A DNA stretch of 64,000 bases from NCBI GenBank assembly GCA_963729855.1, contig CAVSPT010000005.1, positions 1,271,221 to 1,335,220 of the forward strand, given 5' to 3'. This document shows positions 19,079 to 28,933 of the stretch, one piece after another. How positions within the stretch are numbered: position 1 is the stretch's first letter; the number at the start of each line of letters is the position of its first letter. The DNA comes from Candidatus Aminicenantes bacterium (GTDB lineage Bacteria > Acidobacteriota > Aminicenantia > Aminicenantales > UBA4085). Position numbers and translations under genes: made by a program. Below the pieces are notes generated by a model. It had not been told where the DNA came from and did not search any database. It saw only the letters and a list, made by a program, of their open reading frames with translations.

Positions 19079-20803
19079 ATGGGCTCGACGCTGGGTGACA
19101 TTCTTGTTCGGGAGAAGATCCTCAATGCCGAACAGCTTCAAGCCGCCCAGGAATTCCAGCGCAAACACGATGTTTCCCTGGCCAGCGCCATCATCGCCCA
19201 GGCTTTCGTCTCCGCCGAGGAGATGGCCCAGGGATTGAGCCGCCAGCTGGGCTATCCTTACATCGATCTCGACCAGTTCGAGGTCTATCCCGACGTCATC
19301 AGCCTGGTCACGGTGGACGCGGCCAAGAAATACATGATCATGCCTATCCACCGCATCCGTTCCTTCCTGACCCTGGCCATGGTCGATCCGACCGACCTGG
19401 ACGTGATCGAGGACATCCGGTTCCGCACGGGCCTGTCCATCCAGCCCGTGATCGCCTCGGAATCGGGCATCATGAACGCCATCAACAAGTATTACGGGGC
19501 CTCCCACGCCATCAAGCCCAAGAAGGCGGTCGAGGACATCGAGCTGGCCGACGACAGCAAGATCAGCATCATCCAGGAAGCCAAGGAAGATTTCGATCTC
19601 GAGGAGGACGAACAGCCGGCCGACGAAGCGCCGATCATCACCCTGGTCAACTCCATTTTCGTCGAGGCCATCAAAAAGGGCGCCAGCGACGTCCATTTCG
19701 AGCCCTACGAAAAATCCTTCCGCATCCGCTACCGCATCGACGGCATCCTGTACGAGACGATGAACCTGCCGATGAAGTTTAAGAATCCCGTCCTGTCCCG
19801 GGTCAAGATCGTCTCCAACATGAACATCGCCGAGAAGCGCCTGCCCCAGGACGGACGCATCAAGCTGCGGGTCAAGCTCGACAGCGGCCAGAAGAAGGAC
19901 GTGGACATGCGCGTCTCCTCCCTTCCGACCATCTTCGGCGAGAAGATCGTCTCCCGTATCCTGGACCGGGAGAACCTCCAGATCGATCTGACCAAGCTCG
20001 GGCTGGAGCCCGAATCGCTGGAGACGCTCAGGAAGGCCATCGCCCGGCCCTGGGGAATCATCCTGGTCACGGGACCGACCGGAAGCGGCAAGACCAACAC
20101 CCTCTATTCGGCCATCTCCACGCTCAACGCCATGGAAAAGAACATCATGACGGCCGAAGACCCCGTCGAGTTCTACATCCCGGGGATCAACCAGGTCAAT
20201 ATCCGCGACGAGATCAACCTCACGTTCGCCACCTCCCTGCGGGCCTTCCTTCGCCAGGACCCCGACATCATGCTGATCGGCGAGATGCGCGACAGCGAGA
20301 CGGTGGACACGGCCATCAAGGCCGCCTTGACCGGCCATCTCGTCTTCTCCACGATCCACACCAACGACGCCGCTTCGACCCTCCACCGCCTGCTCAATAT
20401 GAACGTCGAGCCCTTCCTCGTCGCGGACTCGGTCGTCCTGATCGTGGCCCAGCGGCTGATCCGGAAAGTCTGCCGCAAGTGCGGGGTGCCCCAGAAGATC
20501 CCCGCCCGCGTCCTGACCGATCTGGGATTCCCCCCCGAGGAGGCCGAGACCGTCACCGGTTTCCAGGGCCGCGGCTGCGAGGCCTGCAACAGCACCGGCT
20601 ACAAAGGCCGCACCGGGCTCTTCGAGGTGATGGAAGTGACGCCGCCCATCAAGGAGCTCATTCTCCAGAGGGCCCAATCCAAGGACATCAAGAAGAAAGC
20701 CCTCGAACAGGGGATGATCACCCTGAGGCGGAGCGGCCTGATCAAGATCAAAGCGGGGATCACCTCGATCGAAGAGGTGATCCGGGAAACCGTCCGGGAC
20801 TAG
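19079..20803 (+). CDS. pilB: Type IV pilus assembly ATPase PilB (GspE family)
   Basis: Walker A LVTGPTGSGKTNT. Tetracysteine motif CRKCG…CEACNSTGY. N-terminal GspE/T2SS_N-like domain. Confidence 0.9.
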   Translation: MGSTLGDILVREKILNAEQLQAAQEFQRKHDVSLASAIIAQAFVSAEEMAQGLSRQLGYPYIDLDQFEVYPDVISLVTVDAAKKYMIMPIHRIRSFLTLAMVDPTDLDVIEDIRFRTGLSIQPVIASESGIMNAINKYYGASHAIKPKKAVEDIELADDSKISIIQEAKEDFDLEEDEQPADEAPIITLVNSIFVEAIKKGASDVHFEPYEKSFRIRYRIDGILYETMNLPMKFKNPVLSRVKIVSNMNIAEKRLPQDGRIKLRVKLDSGQKKDVDMRVSSLPTIFGEKIVSRILDRENLQIDLTKLGLEPESLETLRKAIARPWGIILVTGPTGSGKTNTLYSAISTLNAMEKNIMTAEDPVEFYIPGINQVNIRDEINLTFATSLRAFLRQDPDIMLIGEMRDSETVDTAIKAALTGHLVFSTIHTNDAASTLHRLLNMNVEPFLVADSVVLIVAQRLIRKVCRKCGVPQKIPARVLTDLGFPPEEAETVTGFQGRGCEACNSTGYKGRTGLFEVMEVTPPIKELILQRAQSKDIKKKALEQGMITLRRSGLIKIKAGITSIEEVIRETVRD

Positions 20804-20813
20804 GAGACCGTTC

Positions 20814-21926
20814 ATGACCCTGCCCATTCAGGACCTCCTCCAATTGACCGTCGACGCGGACGCCTCCGATCTGCACATCACGACCTACGTCCCTCCGCGC
20901 ATCCGCGTCCACGGCACGCTCAAGTCCATCGACCACCCGCCGCTGACCCCGGCCGATACGAAACAGCTGGTCTACAGCCTTCTGACCGACAAGCAGAAGA
21001 AAATTTTCGAGGAAAAGCTGGAATTGGATTTCTCTTTCGGCCTCCGGGACCTCGGCCGCTTCCGGGCCAATATCTTCATGCAGAAAGGCGCGGTGGCGGC
21101 GGCCATCCGCCGGTTCCTGCCGACCATGTGGAGCTTCCAGAAGCTGGGCATTCCGGCCCGCGTCGCCCAGCTTTGTTATCTGCCCCGCGGCCTCATCCTC
21201 GTCACCGGGCCCACCGGGTGCGGCAAATCGACGAGCCTGGCCTGCATGATCGAGCACATCAACGCCGAACGGGCGGTCCACATCGTCACGGTCGAAGACC
21301 CCATCGAGTATTTTTTCACGGCCAAGAAAGCGCTGGTCAACCAGCGCGAGCTGTTCGCCGACACGCTGTCCTATGCCAATGCCCTGCGGGCCGTGCTGCG
21401 CGAGGATCCCGACGTCGTCCTGGTCGGCGAGATGCGCGACCTGGAAACCGTGGAGATGACCATCCGGGTGGCCGAAACGGGTCACCTGACCTTCTCCACC
21501 CTGCACACCAATTCGGCCTCGGAGACGATTTCGCGGATCGTCGACATCTTCCCGCCGCAGTACCAGGCCCAGGCCCGGATCATGCTCTCGATGTCCCTGG
21601 AAGCGGTCCTGACCCAGGCCCTCCTGCCCCGGGCCGACGGCCGAGGCCGCGTCCTGGCCATGGAGATCCTCATCCCCAACGCGGCCATCCGCAACCTCAT
21701 CCGCGAGGGCAAGCTGCACATGATCTACGGCCAGATGCAGCTGGCCCAGGAAAAATCGGGAATGCAGACGTTCAATCAATCGCTGGCCGACCTCTATTTC
21801 CAGAAGCAGATCACCCGCGAAATGGCTTTCTCGGTCACCTCGTTTCCGGAAGAGCTCACCGACATCATCCAACGGCGGGAGGCCCGGCCCGCGGCTCCCA
21901 TCCCGCACCCGAGCGCGAAGCGCTAG
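20814..21926 (+). CDS. pilT: Twitching-motility (pilus retraction) ATPase PilT
   Basis: LILVTGPTGCGKSTS Walker A. PilT-like length and conserved VEDPIEY. Confidence 0.9.
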   Translation: MTLPIQDLLQLTVDADASDLHITTYVPPRIRVHGTLKSIDHPPLTPADTKQLVYSLLTDKQKKIFEEKLELDFSFGLRDLGRFRANIFMQKGAVAAAIRRFLPTMWSFQKLGIPARVAQLCYLPRGLILVTGPTGCGKSTSLACMIEHINAERAVHIVTVEDPIEYFFTAKKALVNQRELFADTLSYANALRAVLREDPDVVLVGEMRDLETVEMTIRVAETGHLTFSTLHTNSASETISRIVDIFPPQYQAQARIMLSMSLEAVLTQALLPRADGRGRVLAMEILIPNAAIRNLIREGKLHMIYGQMQLAQEKSGMQTFNQSLADLYFQKQITREMAFSVTSFPEELTDIIQRREARPAAPIPHPSAKR

Positions 21927-21938
21927 AAAGGAGCGGCC

Positions 21939-23144
21939 ATGCCACTCTACGCCTGGAAAGGCAAGAATCATTACGGCGACGCCGTCAACGGCGAGCGGGT
22001 CGCCGAATCGGCCGAAGAGCTGACCCGCATGCTGCAGAAGGAGCAGATCCAGGTCTCCGGAATCTCCTCCAAGCGCGAACCGTTCAAGATCCCCCTGCTG
22101 AACCTGGAGAAGGTCAAGCTCAAGGAGCTCTCCATCTACAGCCGCCAGCTGGCCGTGCTCATCGACGCCGAGCTTCCCCTGATTCAGAGCCTGAACATCC
22201 TGGCTGAACAGACGCGCAACAAGTACTTCAAGAAGGTCATCACCAGCGTCAGCGAGGACGTCGAGGCCGGCTCCAGCCTGAACCAGGCCAAGCGCAAGTT
22301 CCCCAAAGTCTTCGACGACCTCTACTGCAACCTGGTGGCCTCGGGGGAACAGAGCGGCTCCCTGGATGTCATGCTTCAGCGTCTGGCCGACTACATCGAA
22401 CGAATCGTCAAGCTGCGGAGCCAGGTCCGCCAGGCCATGATCTATCCCTCGGCCATCGTCACCTTCGCCATCCTGGTGGCCATCTTCCTGCTCTGGAAGG
22501 TCATCCCCATCTTCTCCAATATTTTCGCCGAGATGGGCGCGGCCCTGCCGAGCATCACCCGGGGCGTCATTGCCCTGAGCCATTTCGTCCAGAACGACAT
22601 CGTGTTCGTCTTCGCCGGCCTCATCGCCGCGGTCTTCCTCTTCCGTTATTACCGGAAAACACCCCCTGGGCGCCAGGTCGTGGACCGGGCCATCCTGCGG
22701 GCGCCGCTGTTCGGCAAACTCCTGTCCAAGGTGGCCATTTCCCGCGTCACCCGGACCCTGAGCACGCTTCTATCGGGCGGCGTGTCCATGCTCGAATGCC
22801 TGAAGATCTCGGCCTCCACGGCCGGCAACGTGGTCATCGAACAGGCCGTCATGGATGCCCGGCGGATGGTCTCCGAGGGGCGTAGCATGACCGACGCCTT
22901 CAAGGTCGGGGGCCGCTTTCCCTTCATGATGACCCAGATGATTAAGGTCGGCGAGGAGACCGGCACCCTTGACCAGATGCTGTCCAAGCTGGCCGATTTC
23001 TACGACGACGAGGTTTCCACCTCGGTCTCGGCCCTTCTGTCCATGCTCGAGCCGATCATGATGATCTTCGTCGGCGGCATCGTCGGCGGCCTCATCATGT
23101 CCATGTATCTGCCGATCTTCAGCCTCATGTCCCAGATTCAATGA
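21939..23144 (+). CDS. pilC: Type IV pilus inner-membrane platform protein PilC (GspF family)
   Basis: Two T2SS-F-type repeats. About 400 aa with three TM regions. Confidence 0.85.
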   Translation: MPLYAWKGKNHYGDAVNGERVAESAEELTRMLQKEQIQVSGISSKREPFKIPLLNLEKVKLKELSIYSRQLAVLIDAELPLIQSLNILAEQTRNKYFKKVITSVSEDVEAGSSLNQAKRKFPKVFDDLYCNLVASGEQSGSLDVMLQRLADYIERIVKLRSQVRQAMIYPSAIVTFAILVAIFLLWKVIPIFSNIFAEMGAALPSITRGVIALSHFVQNDIVFVFAGLIAAVFLFRYYRKTPPGRQVVDRAILRAPLFGKLLSKVAISRVTRTLSTLLSGGVSMLECLKISASTAGNVVIEQAVMDARRMVSEGRSMTDAFKVGGRFPFMMTQMIKVGEETGTLDQMLSKLADFYDDEVSTSVSALLSMLEPIMMIFVGGIVGGLIMSMYLPIFSLMSQIQ

Positions 23145-24412
23145 AGACGGTCCGGCCGAACACGCTGAACCTCATCGTGTTCCGGACCATCATCGTCACG
23201 ACCCTGCTCCTGGCCTCGATCATCATTCAGGTGTCCACGGCCGTCTTCCTTCCGTTGGGCCCGTTCTATATCATCATCCTGGGTTCGTACGCCTCGTGCC
23301 TCGTCTTTCTGGTCCTTTACCTGCGCGATTCCCACATCCAGCGGCAGGCCTATGCCCAGATCATCGTCGACGTCCTGATCATCACGCTGCTGGTCTACAT
23401 CACCGGCGGGATCAGCGGCCATCTCTACGTCCTCTATATCTTCCCCATCCTCGCGGCCGGATTGGTGCTTCCCGAACGGGCCGCTTACCTGACCGCTTCG
23501 ATCTCGGCCATCTTCTTCGGCGTGCTCGCGGACGGCATGTTTTACGGCCTCATCCCGTCCTTCAAGGCCGATGAGCAGCGCGAGGTCTCGGCCGGCCTCG
23601 TCCTGTACACCATCTTTCTGGCCTGGGCCCTCTTTTTCGCCATCGCCTACCTGTTCGCCCATTTCGGGCGCAACGCCCGGCGGTCCCGCGAGGCCCTGGA
23701 GCAGATCCAATACGAGCTGCAGGTCAAGGAACGGCTGGCCGAGGCGGGCCAGATGTCGGCCCTGATCGCCCACGAGATCCGCAATCCGCTGGCGGCCATT
23801 TCCGGGGCCGTTCAGGTCCTCCAGGCCGAGCTGCGGCCGGCCGGACAGGCCTCCGAGCTGATGTCCATCGTCCTGCGCGAATCGCGGCGCGTTTCCCAGA
23901 CCATCGACCAGTTCCTGAATCTGGCTTCGCCCGGGCCCCAGGAATTCACCTGGTTCCGGCCGGAGGAGATCATCCGGGAAACGTTGACCCTGCTGCGGAT
24001 GAGCGGCGATCTCGGCGACCGGGTCGCCGTGGAAGGGAACGCCGCGTCGGGCGTCCCGGATTTCTACGGCAGCCCGGTCCAGTTCAAACAGGTCGTCTGG
24101 AACCTTCTTCGGAACGCCCTGTCGGCGATGCCGGAAGGCGGCGTCCTGCGCATCGAAGGCTCCCACGGGCCGGGCCGGGCCCTGACCGTGAGCGTGGCCG
24201 ACAGCGGCCGGGGCATGACCCCCCAGGAGCGGGAGCGCATTTTCGAACCCTTCTTTTCCACGTTTCCCGGGGGGCGCGGGCTGGGGCTGGCCGTCGTCCG
24301 CCGCATCGTCGACGACTATCAGGGGACCATTCGCGTGCAGTCCGAGCCGGGACGGGGAACGGAATTCCGGCTGACCCTGCCGGACCGCGCCGATCCGCGA
24401 AAGGACCGATGA
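23141..24412 (+). CDS. pilS: Sensor histidine kinase, PilS-like (multi-TM sensor + HisKA + HATPase_c)
   Basis: Six N-terminal TM segments. H-box LIAHEIRNPLAAI. ATP-binding G-boxes. Start overlaps the pilC stop. Confidence 0.75.
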   Translation: MKTVRPNTLNLIVFRTIIVTTLLLASIIIQVSTAVFLPLGPFYIIILGSYASCLVFLVLYLRDSHIQRQAYAQIIVDVLIITLLVYITGGISGHLYVLYIFPILAAGLVLPERAAYLTASISAIFFGVLADGMFYGLIPSFKADEQREVSAGLVLYTIFLAWALFFAIAYLFAHFGRNARRSREALEQIQYELQVKERLAEAGQMSALIAHEIRNPLAAISGAVQVLQAELRPAGQASELMSIVLRESRRVSQTIDQFLNLASPGPQEFTWFRPEEIIRETLTLLRMSGDLGDRVAVEGNAASGVPDFYGSPVQFKQVVWNLLRNALSAMPEGGVLRIEGSHGPGRALTVSVADSGRGMTPQERERIFEPFFSTFPGGRGLGLAVVRRIVDDYQGTIRVQSEPGRGTEFRLTLPDRADPRKDR

Positions 24413-24415
24413 CCC

Positions 24416-25828
<1,413 letters not shown>

Positions 25829-26052
25829 ATTTCAGAATCCCCGATTTTTTAGCGCATTCCGATTACCCGCCGAGGCCGTCGAAGTCCAGCGAAAAGGGGC
25901 GGGGTCATTACGTTTGATCAATTCGATGATCATGGCCAAAGTCCAGCCCGTTTTGACAATTAACGGCATAAATGGTCATTTTTTGTTGACATTGACCGTA
26001 GTCGATTTGGATGCTAAAATACTATGTTGTTTATTTTCAGTCAGATAGAGAT

Positions 26053-26068
26053 TGGCATGGGGATTGCA
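26053..26068 (+). promoter_or_regulatory. Sigma54 (-24/-12) promoter TGGCAT-N5-TTGCA upstream of pilin gene 1
   Basis: Matches the TGGCAC-N5-TTGCW consensus. It sits about 55 nt upstream of the ATG, downstream of pilR, and an AT-rich region lies upstream. Confidence 0.6.
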
Positions 26069-26122
26069 ATAGAAAGGGCGTCCTGCAATTGCGGGACAAG
26101 ATAAAGCCATCAGGAGGTTTCA

Positions 26123-26647
26123 ATGCTTAAGAAAGAGAAAGGCTTCACCCTCATCGAGCTGCTCATCGTTGTGGCGATCATCGGCATCCTGGCCGCTCTG
26201 CTCATCCCCAACGCCATGACCGCTCTGCAGAAGGCGAAAGTCCGCGGCACCCAGAAGGACATCGCCACCATCGCCACGTCCCTGGCCGACTATGTCACGG
26301 ACCACGGCGTGCCGTTCGCGGAGAACGGGAACATCGACGCCACGGGCAAGGCCGCCCTGTCGCCGATGTACATCAAGGTGCTGCCGTTGAACGACCAGTG
26401 GGGCACGCCCTTCAAGGTCTACACGGGCGTCAACTGCAACCAGTACGGGATCACGGGCTCGGCCACGGACGACTTCCTGGTCGCCTCGTACGGGCGCGAC
26501 GCCACCATCGAGTCCTGGACGTACAATGCGGCCACGCCGGAAGCGGGGCTGTACCAGATATCGACCACGGCGGACTTCAACAAAGACCTGGTCAATCTGG
26601 ACGGATCGTTCATTCGCGGACCTCGGGCCGGCGTCTCCGCCACCTGA
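26123..26647 (+). CDS. pilA: Type IV pilin (prepilin with class III signal, N-methylation site)
   Basis: The N-terminus KGFTLIELLIVVAIIGILAA is a classic prepilin-peptidase site. RBS CAGGAGG. Confidence 0.85.
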   Translation: MLKKEKGFTLIELLIVVAIIGILAALLIPNAMTALQKAKVRGTQKDIATIATSLADYVTDHGVPFAENGNIDATGKAALSPMYIKVLPLNDQWGTPFKVYTGVNCNQYGITGSATDDFLVASYGRDATIESWTYNAATPEAGLYQISTTADFNKDLVNLDGSFIRGPRAGVSAT

Positions 26648-26670
26648 TCTTCAAACGGAACGTTCCTCCG

Positions 26671-26709
26671 GGGGCGATGCGGGAAACCGCATCGCCCCTT
26701 TTCTTTTTA
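26671..26709 (+). terminator. Rho-independent terminator after pilin gene 1
   Basis: Perfect 12-bp stem GGGGCGATGCGG / CCGCATCGCCCC with loop GAAA, followed by TTTTCTTTTT. Confidence 0.75.
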
Positions 26710-26808
26710 TACCCCAGCGGACTTGGTTCTGCGCAAGAGCGATGGGAGCGGAGGAGGAGTATCGGAGCTCGTTTCGGCCGCATCCCCTTTCCTGTATAAT
26801 GAGAACCG

Positions 26809-27516
26809 ATGTTTTTGCGGACCCTTCTCGCGGTCTTTTTCTTTGCCTTTGCCGGACTGGCCACTCTGCCCGTCTTCCTCGTCTGCCTGATCTCACGCCG
26901 GCGCGAGCCTTTACTGGAATATGCGAGGGGCGTCCTCCGCATCGGCCGATTTCTTCTAGGATTGCCCGTCCGGGTTGCCGGGCTGGAGCATCTGGGCGGG
27001 GGGGCGCCCCGCGTTTATATGGCCAATCATGTCAGTTTTCTCGATGGGCCGCTGTTGTACATCCTCGTGCCTGAACGTCTTCGGGTCATCCTGAAGAAAT
27101 CCCTTTTCCGCATCCCCATCGTCGGATCGGCCATGAAATATGCCGGATTTGTTCCCGTCGATCGGCGCGGCGTCCGCGGCGGGAAGGCCGGCATCGAGCA
27201 GGCATCCGCCCGCATACGAACGGAAGGCCTCTCCTTCCTGATCTTTCCGGAGGGAACCCGCAGTCGGGACGGCCGGATCCAGGCCTTTCGCAGGGGCGGT
27301 TTTTTCCTGGCCCTGGGGGCCGGGGCGCCGATCGTCCCCGTTTCGATTCGGGGGGCCTTCCGGATCATGCCTCGGGGGCGCTGGGTCCCCCGGCGGGGAA
27401 GCGTCGATATCATCTTCCACCCCCCCGTCGATACGGCGGCGGGGGACATGGATGCCTTGATGAAAAAAGTCCGGGCCGCCGTCGCGTCCGGCCTTGAAGG
27501 AGATCCCCATGAATGA
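26809..27516 (+). CDS. 1-acyl-sn-glycerol-3-phosphate acyltransferase-like (PlsC/LPLAT family)
   Basis: Motifs NHVSFLD (HX4D) and FPEGTRS. N-terminal TM. TATAAT lies 8 nt upstream of the ATG, suggesting a leaderless or near-leaderless transcript. Confidence 0.8.
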   Translation: MFLRTLLAVFFFAFAGLATLPVFLVCLISRRREPLLEYARGVLRIGRFLLGLPVRVAGLEHLGGGAPRVYMANHVSFLDGPLLYILVPERLRVILKKSLFRIPIVGSAMKYAGFVPVDRRGVRGGKAGIEQASARIRTEGLSFLIFPEGTRSRDGRIQAFRRGGFFLALGAGAPIVPVSIRGAFRIMPRGRWVPRRGSVDIIFHPPVDTAAGDMDALMKKVRAAVASGLEGDPHE

Positions 27517-28078
27517 GCCCACGCTGGGCGGCCGGATCGGCCGGCTGGTGGATGAATTCTTCGATCGCCGCGGAAACGCGTTCCGGGAGGCCGCCGCGGC
27601 CTGCGCCGGGGCGTTGGCCCGGGGGGGGACGATCCTGGCGTTCGGCAATGGCGGGAGCGCGGCGGAAGCGCAGCACTTCGTCGCCGAGCTGGTCAACAAA
27701 TTCCGCAAGCCACGCCGAGCGCTTCGAGCGGTGACCCTGTCGGCCGATACGTCCATCCTGACTTCGATCGGCAACGACCTGTCTTTCGAGGCCGTCTTCA
27801 GCCGTCAGATCGAGGCCCTGGGCCGGGCCGGCGACGTCGTCGTGGCCCTCTCCACGAGCGGCCAATCGTCCAACATCGTCGCCGCCCTGGCGTCGGCCAA
27901 AGCGATGGGATTGACGACCATCGCCGTGACGGGCCGGGGAGGTGGAAAGCTCGGCCCGTCGACCGATTTCCTGCTGGACGTGGATTCCGACGAGACTCCT
28001 CGTATCCAGGAAGTCCACCTGGCGGTCATCCACCTTCTGACCGAAGAGATCGAAAACCGCCTGCAGCTTTTTGATTGA
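27509..28078 (+). CDS. SIS-domain protein, phosphoheptose isomerase GmhA / DiaA-like
   Basis: GNGGSAAEAQHF…VALSTSGQS SIS motifs. Start overlaps the plsC-like stop (ATGAATGA). Confidence 0.7.
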   Translation: MNEPTLGGRIGRLVDEFFDRRGNAFREAAAACAGALARGGTILAFGNGGSAAEAQHFVAELVNKFRKPRRALRAVTLSADTSILTSIGNDLSFEAVFSRQIEALGRAGDVVVALSTSGQSSNIVAALASAKAMGLTTIAVTGRGGGKLGPSTDFLLDVDSDETPRIQEVHLAVIHLLTEEIENRLQLFD

Positions 28079-28198
28079 GGACGGCCATTTGTGACAATAT
28101 TTGTCTATCACATGGGCATAAAATGACGTTATTTAGCCGGATAAAGCCCGCCTTTTATTTTATTTGTTTATTTTCTGTTACTTGTGGTACTGTAATTT

Positions 28199-28214
28199 TG
28201 GCATGATAACCGCA
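28199..28214 (+). promoter_or_regulatory. Sigma54-like promoter TGGCAT-N5-CCGCA upstream of pilin gene 2
   Basis: GG and GC dinucleotides have the correct -24/-12 spacing. The -12 element is weaker than in copy 1. An AT-rich tract lies upstream. Confidence 0.4.
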
Positions 28215-28257
28215 TAGATTATTATGTCACCCGACGCAGTTTCAGAGGAGGTATGTA

Positions 28258-28779
28258 ATGAAACGCGAAAGCGGATTCACGCTCATTGAGCTGCTCATCG
28301 TTGTGGCGATCATCGGCATCCTGGCCGCTCTGCTCATCCCCAACGCCATGACCGCTCTGCAGAAGGCGAAAGTCCGCGGCACCCAGAAGGACATCGCCAC
28401 CATCGCCACGGCCCTGGCCGGCTATGTGACGGACCACGGCGTGCCGTTCGCCGAGAACGGGAACATCGACGCCACGGCCAAGTCCGCCCTGTCTCCGATG
28501 TACATCAAGGTGCTGCCGTTGAACGACCAGTGGGGCACGCCCTTCAAGGTCTACACGGGGGCCAACTGCAACCAGTACGGGATCACGGGCTCGGCGTCGG
28601 ACGACTTCCTGGTCGCCTCGTACGGGCGCGACGCCACCATCGAGTCCTGGACGTACAATGCGGCCACGCCGGAAGCGGGGCTGTACCAGATATCGACCAC
28701 GGCGGACTTCAACAAAGACCTGGTCAATCTGGACGGATCGTTCATTCGCGGACCTCGGGCCGGCATCTCCGCCACCTGA
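28258..28779 (+). CDS. pilA: Type IV pilin paralog (about 95% identical to 26123..26647)
   Basis: Same prepilin leader/N-terminus (GFTLIELLIVVAIIGILAA). Differs from copy 1 at about 10 residues. RBS GAGGAGG. Confidence 0.85.
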   Translation: MKRESGFTLIELLIVVAIIGILAALLIPNAMTALQKAKVRGTQKDIATIATALAGYVTDHGVPFAENGNIDATAKSALSPMYIKVLPLNDQWGTPFKVYTGANCNQYGITGSASDDFLVASYGRDATIESWTYNAATPEAGLYQISTTADFNKDLVNLDGSFIRGPRAGISAT

Positions 28780-28797
28780 TTCTGAGACGCGGCTGTG

Positions 28798-28832
28798 AAA
28801 GGGCGGCGCCTGAAGCGCCGCCCTTTTTTTTG
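28798..28832 (+). terminator. Rho-independent terminator after pilin gene 2
   Basis: GGGCGGCGC-ctgaa-GCGCCGCCC followed by a T9 run. Confidence 0.8.
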
Positions 28833-28933
28833 TCCGGATTCCGGTGCGGGCCTCGAAAGAGGATCCCAACCGCGGCGATCGATTCTCGTCCGGGTCAATC
28901 GCCCAACGCCGCGGAGAGGCGTCCGGCGATCCG

